64,000 nucleotides of DNA from the human T2T-CHM13v2.0 reference genome, Homo sapiens (GCF_009914755.1 NC_060927.1), one strand, 5' to 3'. Positions 1-14,993 are shown, counted from the stretch's first letter. A program made the numbers and translations. Notes: a model not told the origin generated them from the letters alone.

Positions 1-202
1 CAAACAATTCTCCTGCCTCAGCCTCCCAAATAGCTGGGATTACAGGCGCCCGCAACCATGCCCAGCTAATTTTTGTATTTTTAGTAAAGACAGGGTTTCA
101 CCATGTTCGCCAGGCTGATCTCAAACCCCTGACCTCAGGCGATCCACCCGCCTTGGCCTTCCAAAGTGCTGGGATTACAGGAGTGAGGCTCCGCGCCGGG
201 CC
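1..202 (-). mobile_element. Alu (AluS-type), cut by the window edge
   Basis: Reverse-complement Alu sequence (cctgcctcagcctccc...ccaaagtgctgggattacagg...ccgggcc) with the central A-rich linker. Confidence 0.95.
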
Positions 203-272
203 TAATTTCTTTTCTTTATAAATTACCCAGTCTGTGGTATTCTGTTATACCAACACAAAATGGACAAAGATA
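203..272 (+). mobile_element. 3' end of a MaLR (MST-type) LTR interrupted by the Alu
   Basis: ttctttataaattacccagtctgtggtattctgttata...acaaaatggacaaagata resembles the MST/MLT1 LTR terminus. Confidence 0.6.
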
Positions 273-1200
273 ACAAAGGAGGTAGGAAAGTACATTGAAA
301 TGATTCCACTGTCACAAACATTTCTAAATGCTTTTCCAATGTATATGTTTTAAAATTACTTTCAAAATATGTGGCACATTTTTCAGTATTCTCAATTGTG
401 GCAAATCTTTGGATGTGAAAGTATATTTGAATGTTGGACAAAGTGAAATATCATTCACATTCAAGTTTAGTAAATGAAACCAGTTATTTTTTCAATATTG
501 GCAAATGGCTTAAAAAATAATACTAATATTTTGCATGTGCTTCATATATAAATAGGTTCTAAAGCTAATACCAAAAAAGTCTGAAGAACATTTTCAGCTT
601 ATCTTACAACTAGAAGCCCAAATAATAGGAATATGAATCTACATATGCAAATGAAAACCAGCTTCATTTTAAAAGTTTAATGTGGGCATTAGATATACTT
701 GTGTATTGTGCTTCCAAGGATCTGTGTGTACAGCTCTATTATCATACACTGCATTACAGGTGGGTGTGAGTTCCACCTCCAGCCTGTGAGATGCCTGCAG
801 GGAGCCATCCTGAGTCCTCCGAATTGACACAGTGTCTTTGGGGTAGGAATTTCCCAGTGAATGCTTACTTAAATGAATTCAGTAAGTGCGTTTTGATTTT
901 TCCATAGATTGACACAGTGGAACAGTGGCTAAGAGATGATTCTTTACTATAAGCACCCTTCACAGGCAAAGTGGGAATGTGCTTATTGATGAGGTCAAAT
1001 AATTCAGACTGCGGTTCCCACATTGGTCTTGAGTAGTGGATGGCTCCACTAAAACACTAGGTTTCATGGGTTTCACCTGTTTTCTGGTAGTTAATTTAAG
1101 GAGATGGTGCACTAAGACAACTTAGATGGAAAAAATAAATAGCAGCATAAAAAGCAAACTGTGATTGTATAGAACTGTGAGATAATATTCAACTTCGTTT

Positions 1201-1566
<366 letters not shown>

Positions 1567-3007
1567 TAAATGGACTTACACGTGACACAGGTTGGAAAGA
1601 AGCAGAACACTTTAGGCAACAAGGCACTTGATGAAGCACCATGGTACTCTAAGACCTTCTCCACTTTGTCCACATCCCACCTTCCTTTCATGATGCAGCT
1701 CTCATTCCACCTCCTTCCTGAAATCTCTCCTGACCTCTTCATTCTAATTAACATACCTTTCTCCGGACATCCAGAGCATCTCATCTTGCCTTTCCTAAGG
1801 TACTTTTTCCCAACACCTTCCACCTGGTTTAATACCTATCTGTATATATCTTCTCCTCCTCCCCACCACTATATATTATGCCCCACATGCGCAGAGTCTG
1901 TGTATCTACATCTTTGTCTCTTTACATGGTGTCTGGCACAGCACCTTCTTCAGAGTGGGTTTTCAATATGTGATTATTGAAAAGTAAATGAGCAAGATGG
2001 CCATGACAAAGCAAAGGAGTAATAAACAACTTCTTCCTAAGAGACGAAAGATATACAATGTTTTGCTTTGTGAATACACAGCCATGCAGGTCTAGAGAGA
2101 AATGCAATGTACGTTTATTTTTGTTGTGTTTATTTGTTCTTAGTCAAGGTGTCTAATCTACTATGCTGTTTCCTTATGCACAGATGGAAACTTATCATGC
2201 ATAGGAGACTCTGAAGGAAATAATTTTTGTTTAAACTTTGCCTTAGAAACTTCAAGGGAATTCAGAACAGGATTTCTTTAATGATCTGGCTGTATTATAT
2301 TACCGATTACCAAGCTGAAAAATGCTTGGCAGAACTTTTGGCTTCTGAGGTTTTGGATGTCTTCCAGGTAATCTGCCTCGGAATTTTGAAATACAAATAA
2401 ATGAGTTCCAGTTCAAATTTTAAAAAATCTGAGCTGCTAGGCCTTTGTTTACCTTCCATCTGAACATTTTGGTACAGATATACCAACCAAGCAGAAAGAA
2501 GATAATCAGTCGACATTTCTGAGGTTATTAGTGGCCTTGGTTTAAAAGAACAAAATGAGAGTAAATGGTTTAAAACTTCATCATGTTTCTTCCTAGTAAC
2601 TGGCTTCTGGTGTTGGCATTTATTTTCCAGGATGTTTTCTCCCAGTTTTTATTTGGGAGAGGAGGACGAGGGTGTTCTTTGCTGCTTTGTTTCTCCCAGA
2701 GGGAAGATTCTGAATGTTCCTTTGTTAAACGTTACACACGTAGCTTTTGTTTTACTTTCTTGTCTGGTAGCCAAGTATTTTTCAAGTCACTCAACATTCT
2801 ACTGAGGCATGCTAGTCCACTGAATATGATTATAAAGGAAAGCCTAACATGACCTAAAAAGAGGGAGGACGGAGAGCTTTGGCTGTTGTGAGCACCACAG
2901 CTAATGAAGAAGCAGGATAATTTGCATGAGCGATATCCCTTCAGTTATTTCTGTAAATCTCAGAGCCAGTTCCTGTCAAGTTGTGAGGAAACAAACATTT
3001 TTTATTA

Positions 3008-3356
<349 letters not shown>

Positions 3357-4374
3357 CTAAACACACATGCGCACATTCCACGCACACATATATGTGTGTA
3401 CATGCTCGGAAGTGAAGTGGTTTTTGTAGGATTTCGTGGCTATAACACCGTCGTTTATGTTCTGGGAGGCTGGGGTGAGTCAGCAAGTATTCTGAAAGGG
3501 AAAGACATGGTGGGGAGGATAAAACGGCTCTTCATTTTAAGAAATCCCTCTTATCAAGCCTACTATTAACTTGTTTCTTTGGCAACTACTATGCATTTGC
3601 TACGGAAATATATCCCCAGAATAAAATTTCCATGGAAGGAAAATAATAGCATCAAATTTTTCCTCCAAAGTTTCCGATACAATGAAATTTATTTGTCCTT
3701 AACTTTGGATTGGTGGAAGAAGACCAATACCTCTCACAATACAATTCAAAGACATGAGATGAAAACAATCTTTCTCACTTTACAATTTTGGATGACATGT
3801 TTTATTTAAAAACTTTTCGTTTCTGTGGGAGGTTTTTACAGGAAACTATCTTTAGTATTTCATATGACCATTGTCATTTGAAGATGATGCTGAACTTGTC
3901 TTCCCACTTGTAAGCTCTTCTTACAGACCAGCATGAAACAAGCAGCTTAGCCCATCAGCTAATGCCCAAACTGAGACTGGGCTGGCAGGACAGGTGGACA
4001 AGCCACCTGAAGCCTAGAAATGACCTGACCTCTCTACTCTGGTAGGTTCTGAGACAGCCACTTAGCTCTAGTTTCACCAGCATTCTTTTCGATATCTTGG
4101 AATAGAATAGGCCCTGAGAAAACTGTGAAACAAACAAAAATAATTTTTTTCCAGGAATATTTTATTCTGCCTCCTGCCTTCTTCCCTTCACCAGGTTCCT
4201 AGTTTCTTTACCTGTTCCTGGCCCTGCAAAGCCCTCATGTGTCACTGTTCTGGGTGAGAATCTTCTCTCTAAAGCATTTGAGACCCTTGCTCTTCCCTTT
4301 ACCACCGCATCTCCAGACCCTAATTCCTTCCCTAGTGAAGACTTAGCATTAGATGGTGATGATATGAAAATAGG

Positions 4375-4580
4375 AGCAACTAACATTTGTCACATTCTTT
4401 CTTTGTTTATGGCCTTCGCTAAGCCTGGTAGCTGACCTGTCTCATTTAATTACTACAACCATCTTATAAGCTCTATAGAATTTTGAATTCCAGTTTTATT
4501 TCTGAGAGACAGAGGCACAGAAGCAAGAGTCACTCAGTTACTACACGGGAAACGTGGATTTTAATCTGGGTTAAGTAGCA
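4375..4580 (-). mobile_element. MIR relic
   Basis: ctcatttaat...acaaccatcttataag...gagacagaggcacag, similar to the MIR core. Confidence 0.5.
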
Positions 4581-4629
4581 TTCTAGTTGAAGAGTATACA
4601 GTGGCAAGTGTGAGACAACCTGAGCATTT

Positions 4630-5745
4630 AAAAATGACTATGAATATATAAAACTCCGCAAGTACATAACTAGAAAAGAGAATGTCTTCCAAAACAAAAC
4701 TCATTTGCCATCACTGGAGGTGATTATTACATGAATTGGTTATTCTGAGAATTGAGAATTAAAAATAATTAAAGATTTAATGTCTTTCTAGAAGATACTG
4801 AATTTCAGCATAACTAAATAGTTCTACTTGATGAAGGAAAACTTTTCTTTATTGAAGAATGTCAGCTGTGAATGTAGATGCAATAATACGGTCAGAAAGT
4901 CACCATTTTGCAGCCCTTGATAGGATGGAAATTCAAATAAGAACCTTTGACAGATGCTGAAACCACTAAAAGAAAGGTGGACAGGGACCATTGTGACAGA
5001 CTTCCCCAGATGATTGCCAATTGAGTGTTGGGGCGGGGGCATAACTCTGCAGCAGAGGCATCTGTCCATCATCATCCGATGCTATGATGCTCTTGACACT
5101 GCTGTTGATGCAATGGCCAGTTACTGTGAAGATCCAAATGTGGTACAATATGAAGTTGCAATATCATCTATGAAGCATTCTTGCTGAAAGTGAATCTACT
5201 CAAGCCTTTAGTTAAAGTTTCCACTTCATAAGAAACACAGAAACTAGAGGAAAAACTTAATCAGCACCACAAGGAAATAAACAAATCCAGAAGGCAGATC
5301 ATTCTATAGACTGATCTTGATTCCTTAGCAATTAATGTCATGGTACAAAAAGGGAGTAGGAAGGAGGTGTTTTAGAATTATATAATTAGCAAATGTTATT
5401 CATGATTTTTCGCAGGATACTAGTTTGAACAAACCAACTGTAGAAAAGATACTTTTGGAACAATTACAGAATTTTGAATATGGTATTAGGGAATTGGTAA
5501 TATATTTTATCAGGTGTGATAATGCTATTGTGATTATGTAAAAAAAATCCATCTTTAGAGATGCACGCTGAAGTATTAAGGAGTAAAATACTATGACATG
5601 TTAACTTATTTTAAAGTATTTCAACAAAAACTGAAGCAAATATAGCAAAATGTCAATAGTCGTTAAATCTAGGTGATGACATGGAAGTAGGAATTTTTGA
5701 AAATTTTACAATTAAAACATATAAGAATAAAAAAAAAAAAAAAAA
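4630..5745 (+). mobile_element. Ancient L1M (L1MC/L1ME-type) 3' UTR fragment ending in poly(A)
   Basis: Typical old-L1 3' motifs (aggtgtgataatgctattgtg, agagatgcacgctgaagtatt, gttaaatctaggtgatg) and an A-tail at 5728-5745. Confidence 0.6.
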
Positions 5746-6180
5746 GAGTGGATTGGTCTCAATACAGAGAGCTCTGGATTGCAGTCCCAGCTCTAACCAC
5801 TTACTTTTTGTAGGGTTTGGGCAAGTCGCTTCACCTCAGTACCTTCCTCTGCAAAAAGGTGGCAATAGCAGTGTTTGCTTCCTAGAATTGTTGTGGGAAA
5901 AAATGAGTTAACACAAGTAAGGAGCTCAGAACAATGATTGGCATGTAGTAAGCTTTCAACAAATGTTTGCTATAATTGTTTCATGTAGGAGGAGTCAGAT
6001 GGAATTAGGTTTAAATCCTGGCTCTGTCTTTTATTAGCTATGCTGCCTTGGGTTGTTTGCTTAACCTCACTAAAACTCAGTTTTCAGTGGAAGTAATAAT
6101 ACTGCTAGGGTTGTGGTGGGATTAATAACCTAGCATATATAAAGTCACTAGCATATAGTAACCACTTAATAGATAGTGGC
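5746..6180 (+). mobile_element. Two adjacent MIR relics
   Basis: MIR cores (cccagctctaaccacttact...ttgggcaagtcgcttcacctc; aatcctggctctg...cttaacctc..ctcagtttt). Confidence 0.65.
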
Positions 6181-6877
6181 TTTGACTATCAGTGCTGTCA
6201 GATAGCTGTAATTTTTATGAGGCCTTCAATGCCCTACACCAACGCGCAGCTAAAACTGGAGTGTCCTGGCACTGTAGTTGTACAGGAGAACGCTGATAGA
6301 TCTGCAAAGGGAGTGTGGGGAAGCCTCTGTGGTCTCCACTCATGTCAAGACAAACATCATGCCATATAGGTGGCTCCTCACTCTGTGTGTTTGGCAGAGG
6401 CCTTGCTTTAAGGATGGTTGGAGACAGCACATAGGGCAGGTACAGGAGAAGATCTGGGCTTTTTCAGGGTACAGAATGTGGATAAGACCCAGAAGAAAGG
6501 AAAAGAGATGGGGAACTAGGGAGTCTGGCTCATGTTTGTTTCCACCTTAACTTCTCTTGGAAGTTTGAAATAGTCCATGAAAGTGAAAGCACTTTTCATC
6601 ACAGTCATCAACTGCTATAGGCATTTGCAGCCTGCAAATAGATTAATTTCACTGGATGTTAATTTCACTGTGAGGCTTTAGCCAGCACTACTGTTTCTCA
6701 ACACATAGCCTTACCTGGAACATGTAGTGTTGCCATGTGCCCAGGGAGATAATTTAGGGACTAATAGGCCTTGAAAGAGAACGCGGCCACAGAAGATAGC
6801 ATTTCTAATACTTGACTCTAGTGATTATATAGATTTTTAATGGCATCAATGGGGCAATGTGAAAATCTATCATTTTC

Positions 6878-7585
6878 TTCTTCTTTTTTTGACAGTGTAA
6901 AGAGGTGTTTTCGTTTTAACTGTGTGTATGTAACATTAGGCAAAATTATTTAAAGTCAATAGATTTTTATTCAAGGAATTCCATGTTGTAAGTTCTTCCA
7001 CTGTCCATCGAGGTCACTTTAGATCCTCTAAAGAGCTGGAGTCAAAATTTATCTTCAAAAGATTTATCTTCAAGTTAGCCCTTTTTAATGAAACTGATGC
7101 TTATTTTAATGCAGTTGTCCTGTCAGGCCATAATTCTTTGATTTTGGCATCTGTCGTCATCTCCTTTTAATATGGCTATACTGATGAAGATTTCAAAATT
7201 TACCTTTGGAAAAATCAAGAATCTTTAAGATCTAATTTCTTCAACCAATTTACTTTAGGGTCATTTTTAGTGTAGGTGGATCTGCCTAGTTCTCAATGTG
7301 ACACCCTCTCTAAACCTGAGTGAGTTCAAATCATATTCATTCCTAAGCGATCACACTCAAGAATAGTGCAGAGTGTGGAATATGCCAATACATAAGGTAA
7401 AAAAGTAAATTATCAGGTCTTTCATATATTTAGTAACAGTCTTTTTCATACTTGTAGCAACTGTCTTGTAGTTCCCACAGATCTAACAAGAGTCCTGTGA
7501 GTAAAGTAAAACCACAGAGTTAACTCTATGAGGCGTTTCCAATGATGTGCAGCCTACAGAAAAGTCCCATCGGGAAAGACCTCAA
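6878..7585 (-). pseudogene. Processed retrocopy, probably of the lncRNA OIP5-AS1 (Cyrano), 5'-truncated
   Basis: Poly(T) at about 6878-6890; degenerate ~15-bp TSD aaaatctatcatttt (6862) / aaaatgtatcatttc (7586); AATAAA on the minus strand at 6966-6971. The body (…ctctttagaggatctaaagtgacc…gacagtggaagaa…catggaattccttgaataaaa) matches OIP5-AS1 transcript sequence as I remember it; not BLAST-verified. Confidence 0.7.
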
Positions 7586-7861
7586 AAAATGTATCATTTC
7601 CTTTTGCACTCTGAGCCTCTCTATTTTTCATCTTCTGTCTTAACAGCTATCTTTTTGTTTCTACTTTAGACACTAAGAGACTTCTGGTCTACCTCTTTTC
7701 TCATTATTAAGTTCGGCTTATAGGAAAATGTGTACGCCTAGGCATTTACATAAAATCAAAGGCCTGAACACAGATCAAAGGATATGCATGAGTAACGGCG
7801 AGTAAACAGTTAAGAACAAACAAATCTAATCTAACAGGCCTTTATGGCTCTTGAGACGAAT

Positions 7862-8252
7862 GTATGCCCAAGTTCACCAACATTGTTGTTTTTGTCTCCC
7901 TGGGCACAGGGAGACACCACGTGTTCCAGGTAAGGCTATGCAGTGGCATTCTGGCCAATTGGATATGAGCTGGAGCAACACGTGCCACTTGCAGAAATAA
8001 CCTACATACGCTTCCTTTGTGTGGTCATCACGTTCTCTTTTCTGCCTTTTTTCTCATTAGCTACCTTGAAAGAACTTTAAGGGCCAATATGAGGGTGGAG
8101 CCACAAGATTGAAGGTGCCTGGGTTCATGAATGAATGTGGAACAGAGTCCCTCCATCCTCCCACACTGCGCTGTGACATGAGCAAGAAATAACAGTTTCA
8201 CTATGTCAAGCTGCTGCAACTGGGGAGTTGTTTGTTATAGAAGTTAGACTAC
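7862..8252 (+). mobile_element. MLT1-family (MaLR) solo LTR relic
   Basis: ttctggccaattggatatgag, tggagccacaagattgaagg..cctggg and tgtgacatgagcaagaaata..tttgttatag are typical of older MLT1 LTRs. Confidence 0.65.
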
Positions 8253-8454
8253 ATCGAAATAATATATTCCTTTTGACTGACTTTCTTTGCAGCTGCCAAG
8301 GATAGCAGAGATGTCCTCTGCTTTCTAAATTACATGTTTGTTGATATTTTTACGATCAGGGACTTTTTAAGTAAAGAAACCAAGAAGCTTGTTCACTAGG
8401 CTTCAGTCACCTCACATGGAAGTCAGTACCTTCCTGTATAAACACTAGGGTCTG

Positions 8455-8640
8455 AACATTTGTTACCTTATTTAATCTGAGTACTCTCTTTGTGAGGATC
8501 TTGAGGGATGAGGAAACTGGGGCTTAGAGAGGTTAAATGACTTGGACAAGTTTCCACAGCCGGTGTTTTCTTCAGATCCAGGATTCAAATGAACATTTTT
8601 TGTTTTTACTTCAAAGACCTTGATCTTTTCACTACAACAT
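8455..8640 (-). mobile_element. MIR
   Basis: gatgaggaaactggggcttagagaggttaaatgacttgg core. Confidence 0.75.
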
Positions 8641-8977
8641 ACTCCTTTCTAAGAAAAGAATAGTCGGGAAAGAGACAGAATGCAGAGGGAGTGCATAAGG
8701 AATTTCTGGAGAGATAGCAAAACCTCCACAAAAGCTGACTACCAGTTTTAGTTCAGAAACTTACAAGACAATAGACCATAAAACAAAAAGGTAAAAAGGA
8801 AAGAGAATAATCATGAATCCCGATCATAAGATTGGGTTGCTGGGATCCCATATTCAAAACTTAGTTCAAAAATTTTTAGTGTTCCTCTAATCAGTTATTT
8901 AGGTTTAATTTAAATTGTTTAACAAAATGTTATTATTTACTCAGAATCTCTGAGTTTATTATACTCAAATAAGTGTC

Positions 8978-9209
8978 TTTTTTTTTTAACTTTGATTTTA
9001 AGTTCAGGGGTACATGTGCAGGATGTGCAGGTTTTTTCCATAGGTAAACATGTGCCATGGGGGTTTGTTGTGTAGATTATTTCATCACCCAGGTATTAAG
9101 CCTAGTATCCATCAGTTATTTTTCCTGATCCTCTCCCTGCTCCCACCCTCCACCCTCCGGTAGGCCCCAGTGTGTGTTGTTCCCCGCTGTGTGTCCATGT
9201 GTTCTCATC
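8978..9209 (-). mobile_element. Severely 5'-truncated older L1PA (PA13-16-like) 3' end
   Basis: Poly(T) then aagttcaggggtacatgtgcaggatgtgcagg; TSD actcaaataa(g/a)t(g/t)tctt at 8963 and 9210. Confidence 0.9.
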
Positions 9210-9272
9210 ACTCAAATAAATTTCTTTTTATTTCAAGTTCTGGATCTAAACCCTAAGGGGTTTTAGGGGATA

Positions 9273-9312
9273 TGTATTAGTCAGGGTTTTCCAGATCAAC
9301 AGAACAAATAGG

Positions 9313-9349
<37 letters not shown>

Positions 9350-9738
9350 TGTGTGTCTGTAGAGAGAGAGAGAGATTTTAAAGTAAGAATTGGCTCACAT
9401 GATTGTGGGTGCTGGCAAGTCTGAAATTTACAGGGAAAGCCAGCAGGCTGGAGACACAGGGAGGAGTTGACATTGTAGTTTGAGTCTGAACGCAGTCTGG
9501 AGACAGACTCTTCTCTTCCTTAGGAGATCGCAGTCTTTTTTTTTTTCTCTTAAGGCCTTCAACTAATTGGATAAGGCCCACCCACATTATGGAGAACAAT
9601 CTGCTTTATTCAAAGTCTACTGATTTAAATGTTAATCTCATCTAAAAAATATGTTCACAGCAACATCCAGACTGGCTTTTGATGAAATATCTGGGTATCA
9701 TAGCCTAGTCAAGTTGACACATAAAAATAGCCATCCTA
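9273..9738 (-). mobile_element. MLT2 (ERVL) solo LTR with internal (TG)n/(GA)n
   Basis: tgtattagtcagggttttccaga...gaattggctcacatgattgtg...caagttgacacataaaa; 5-bp TSD-like ggata/ggtta; (TG)n at about 9314-9356. Confidence 0.85.
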
Positions 9739-11295
9739 GGTTATTAATTACAAACATGTTCAAATCTAGGCAGACCCTAATGAATGTCTCTGGTTACTGG
9801 TTTGGTGGTACTCCTCCTGAATGGGACTGCTTCACTCCCGTCTGTCTGGTACGGAGAAAAAGAATGGCTATTGAAACCCACAAATACATGCTTAATCAAG
9901 CATTGAAGCAAAATTCCAAACACTAAAGTCAAAGAAATTTTAAATATCATCCAGCAGGTGAGCAAAAAATGTCTTGGATCATAGCGGATTGCCTTTTCTA
10001 CCTCCACTGAATATTAACCCTCATCAGTGCCTGTTCTGCTCCCTCCCTGCCCAAAGAGACTTCTCAATGCCTATTGAACTTAAAGCTGCCATCACTTGTT
10101 TAATATTGAATTTTTCTCTGTAGGTGTTGGCCTCTGATATCCTTGCGGCTCAGCTGCAATGTATTTCAATCCTTTTTAATAATTCAAATATGTACCATGA
10201 TGTTACATCCCATTCTAGTATTCTCTCATCTCTGGGTCTTTTCTTCCATTTCCCACTCCTCTAGCAGTAAAAGCTCTTGTGGCATTTGCATCCATGTACA
10301 ACCAACAGATCATTAGTTTCATGGGAAATTGTCAGGTGGCAGAGCTTTCCTTTTGCACTACTCCTAGGACTATAAAAAGCACACCACAAGCATATTTCAG
10401 CAAAGCTAAAATTAAAAGTTTAATTAACAAAAATGCTACTTAATAATACATTTGGATCGATTTGGCTATGTCACATAGTAACTGCCAGTCATATCTGAAA
10501 AAACAGAAACGACAAATGACAAAATGATATAAACCTCTCAAATCATCTTGTGGATGGATCACTTTGTGGTCCAGGAGTCACAGTTCCACAGCTCTCACTG
10601 TACTTGCTTGAGTGTGTTGATCTAAGACCCCTTTGGCACCTCTGCATCAAAGTGCCTGTTCCACCCCTTCCTGCAGCCTTCACATGCCTCCGATGCTGGA
10701 GGGCATGCAGGAGCCCTCTCTGCAGCACTCCTCCTTCCTATTTTAGATGCCTACGACCAGCGACATGAGACCTGCGCTAGGATCTGCCACAATCGCCTCT
10801 GCTGATCATCTGTGCAGCATAACATCATTGGAGAGTAGGAAAGGGAACTTAGTTTATTTTGTGGTGGTCAAACCATCTTTTTCTGCCCTCTATTTTATTC
10901 TTGGGATGGTGGACTATTTCCTGATCCATCTAGAAAATAGTGGACTTATAATCCTTTCTTATTCTAAAATCCAATGAATATTATCTTCCCAATGTAGGTT
11001 ATAAAGTTTTCGAAATCACAAACTGTGTTCCATATTTGTTGAGTATCTTCACATAGTAACATTATATACTTTTAAATATTTGGTGGGTGTTAGGGGCTCA
11101 ATTTCTGTTGTCCTGAGTGATTTTCTGTCAAATTAATAATTGGACTGCAAATGGGTAAAGTGTATTAAAAAAAAATCTTCTTACAGAATGTTAAAGACAC
11201 TCAGATTTGATTGAGAGACAGAATTTATATAAATAAGAAAATGTCTTTGAGAGAAAAAATGTTTCTAACTATTATTTTTTTTCTGAGAAGGGAGA

Positions 11296-11664
11296 TGTAT
11301 TAGTCTGTATTCATGCTGCTGATAAAGACATAACTGAGACTGGGCAATTTACAAAAGAAAGAGGTTTAATGGACTTACAGTTCCAAGTGGCTGGGGAGGC
11401 CTCACAATCATGGCAGAAGGCAAGGAGGAGCAAGTCACATCTTACATGGATGGTGGCAGGCAAAAAGAGAGCTTGTGCAGGGAATCTCCTCTTTTTAAAA
11501 CCATCAGATCTCATGAGACTCATTCACTATCATGAGAACTGCACAGGAAAGATCTGCCCCCATAATTCAATCACTTCCCACCAGGTTCCTCCCAGGGCAC
11601 ATGGGAATTGTGGGAGTTACAATTCAAGATGAGATTTGGGTGGGCACACAGCCAAACCATATTA
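11296..11664 (-). mobile_element. THE1 (THE1B/C) solo LTR
   Basis: tgtattagtc...gctgataaagacata...cacagccaaaccatatta; 5-bp TSD ggaga/gaaga. Confidence 0.95.
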
Positions 11665-13499
11665 GAAGAAGTACTGAAGAGTCACTCAAAGCAAGTAAAT
11701 GTCATGTGTCTGAGTTACTGTTAGATACTCTTTGAAGAAGTCTTTGAATAAAGAGTACATTTCTGGAACACGTGGTTAGTCAGGTGGTGACTAAAGTGGT
11801 TGATCATGGACACAACTGACTGCAGGCTCCACAGAGCAGCTTTTGGAGTCCAAGATCACTGCCAAAAAAGAACAGAGGGATGGGAGGGTCCTTTCTGATT
11901 ATAACTGTAAAAGCAACTTATGCCTCAAGACTTTTAAACGTTTTGCCCATAATTTCATGAAAAGTTACTGGTAGAATGGTGGCTAGCTCCAGCTATTTTT
12001 TTTTTTCCCCTAGGGCGATGTTTGTTCTCTACACTGCACTAAATGGAGAACAGCTCCACTGCTTCTTTTCTCTTGAGCACATTGTCTGTGAACCAATGTT
12101 TAGGTGGGTTTTCAGCGACAATCAAGGTGTCCCTCCAGAGTGTCTGGGGTGCAAGAAGCAATGACAGGAAAGCAATCTCGGAGAAGGAAAGGAAAGCAAA
12201 TGGGAGAGCAGGAGGAACAAAGAGGGGGAAGAAAAAAGATACACAGAAGAACCATCTATTGATCTAGAATGTTTGGAAATGTTTATTTTGGTTGACAGAA
12301 GGCTGCCCTTCATCTCATTCACAGTCAAACAAGTCTTAAAGATGTCATTTAACACCAAAACTAAACTGGGCATCAGTTAATTTGTTTCATATCATGATCA
12401 AAGTCTTATGATTTTAACTTCTAGTTGTTATTGTGAATCTCTAAGAAAAACTCTGGTTCTATTGAGTCCAGATAGATGGATTTTACTGCATTCATTGTAT
12501 ACCATGGACAATTGTTTCAGATGCCATTTGTTGTCCCGAATTGTCATGTCCTAGCCTGCCTCACTGGTTCCAATCTATTATTTCAACAGAAAAGAGAAAA
12601 CATTTCCATGGAAGAGGAAACAGGAAATTCCAACAGATCAGCAACAGTTGGAGTGCTAACCTGTCACTGGAATGGAAAAAAAAATGCTGTCGTTGACACA
12701 TCTTTTCCTTGTTTTTGACACAAATTAGGTAACTCACTGTCTCTTCACAAAATTGATGGGGGTGTGAAAAATGTCTATGCAGTATATAGAGATATTCATA
12801 ACAAAGACTTATGCTACGAAAAATGTCCTTTGTTCACAATAGAAAGAATAACTCATGCTTTACATAATTTGCACATATATATTTTGTTGTTGTAAATCCT
12901 GGTTTGCTCACTAAGCTGAAGTTCATTTTCTCACCATGATTCTTGAGCCCAAAACTCTGATGAATCAAAAGGATCAAATATTGGGCTCCTACATTTTATG
13001 TGCAGTAGTTGTGCAGTTCACCTCACTGGGTCTGCATTAAAGCCCCCACTTTAATGAAAAGGATTGTTTCTTATTCTCAAAAGCAATTTTGAAATTCGGA
13101 CTCAGAGACTTTTTATTCCTATGTTTTGTGTTTCTTGAAAGAATAATCCCAGATATAAGGATAATTACCCTATTTTTGATTATTTAAAAATATATTCAAT
13201 ATTCACTCAAAAATACATATGATTTCTGGTTTCGATAATTGTATTAGGGTGATATATAATGTTAATCCTAGGGGAAACAAAGTGAAAGGAATGGAAATGT
13301 AAAAAGAAAAATATTTATTGACCTGCTACCGTGGGCCAGGAATTGTGGGAGGTACTTGGTATACAATGGTAATTAACCAGACAGAACCAATAATTCCCTC
13401 CTCTCCTCATTTAGTTATGAAGTTGTCATTTAATCATACCAAAGTCTTTTTCACTGCAATTGAAGGTAATTTGTATTTTATTCTCTTCTAGAAACCTTG

Positions 13500-13676
13500 A
13501 TTTTACTACTTACTGAGCATTTACAGCATGTTAAGCACTTATTCCTAGGTGTTTTCCATATTTGATTATTTCATTCTTACAAGCACCGACTGAGTAAGTG
13601 TTATTACCCACAATTTGCAGATGAGGAAACAAATGTGAGTAAGTTAAATTAGTTACCTCATATATAAAGTGGCTGA
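13500..13676 (-). mobile_element. MIR interrupted by an Alu
   Basis: ttactgagcatttac...tttgcagatgaggaaac...gttaaattagttacc. Confidence 0.65.
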
Positions 13677-13990
<314 letters not shown>

Positions 13991-14741
13991 ATAAAGTGGC
14001 CGAGCTGGTACTTACTTTCACATGGGATCATCTAAATCTATAGAATGTTCTCATCTCTCCTCACAGCCCATCACTGATGATGAACACCTCCATGCCATGT
14101 CCTTCCAGACTTAAATATTCTCTCAGGATAAAGACTGCCAGATTCCTTTCATCATAGCCTAATTATAGCATTTATTACATACTAACAATCTACTTTTCTA
14201 CCTCCTTCTGTGGTTAACTTAGCAGAACCATAAACTGGACATCAGTTTCTTAATCACGGCTTGGTTAATGTAGAAGGAGTTAAGATAATGGGTGCAGAGC
14301 CAATATTATTGCTCATCTTCTGATGAACATCACGTAGATAACAAAGAACTTTTGTGCCAGCGATGTGAGTGGGTTTGAAGTATCTCTACTTAAATGCTAC
14401 TTCCACCATCCCTTTATAATTTTTTCTCAAGCTAGCCTTTTGTTTCCAGTTACCATTTAAAGTCAGAAAAGAAATCCTTGAATAAATTATTAAATTTAAC
14501 TTCTTAACTTTAATATGAAAAGGTCTCACCAAGGGATGCCTAAGTTGTCTGGGCTAGAAAGTATACTGGTTCTTTTTAACTCAGTGGTATGGAAATTTTA
14601 GGATAACAAAGAGGCAGAGAGAAAACAAGGCACATATTTTTTCCCAACAAACATGAAGTTCAAACATTACTCACCATCTCTTAGCTTCTATGTGAAGATG
14701 GACACACCCTCAAGGCTTCTGGGCCCCAGAGCTGTTGTTGC

Positions 14742-14993
14742 TTTTTTTTTTTTGAGGCAGAGTCTCGCTCTGTTGCCCAGGCTGGAGTGCAGTGGTGCAA
14801 TCTCAGGTCACTGTAGTCCCGAGTAGCTAGGACTACAGGCGCCTGCCACCACACTCAGCTAATTTTTGTATTTTTAATAGAGATGGGGTTTCATCATGTT
14901 GGCCAGGATGGTCTTGATCTATTGACCTCACGATCCACCTGCCTCAGCCTCCCAAAGTGCTGGGATTACAGGCGTGAGCCACCGCACCCAGCC
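14742..14993 (-). mobile_element. AluS with an internal deletion in the right arm
   Basis: TSD tgttgttgcttttt at 14733 and 14994; about 45 bp missing near 14815. Confidence 0.93.
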
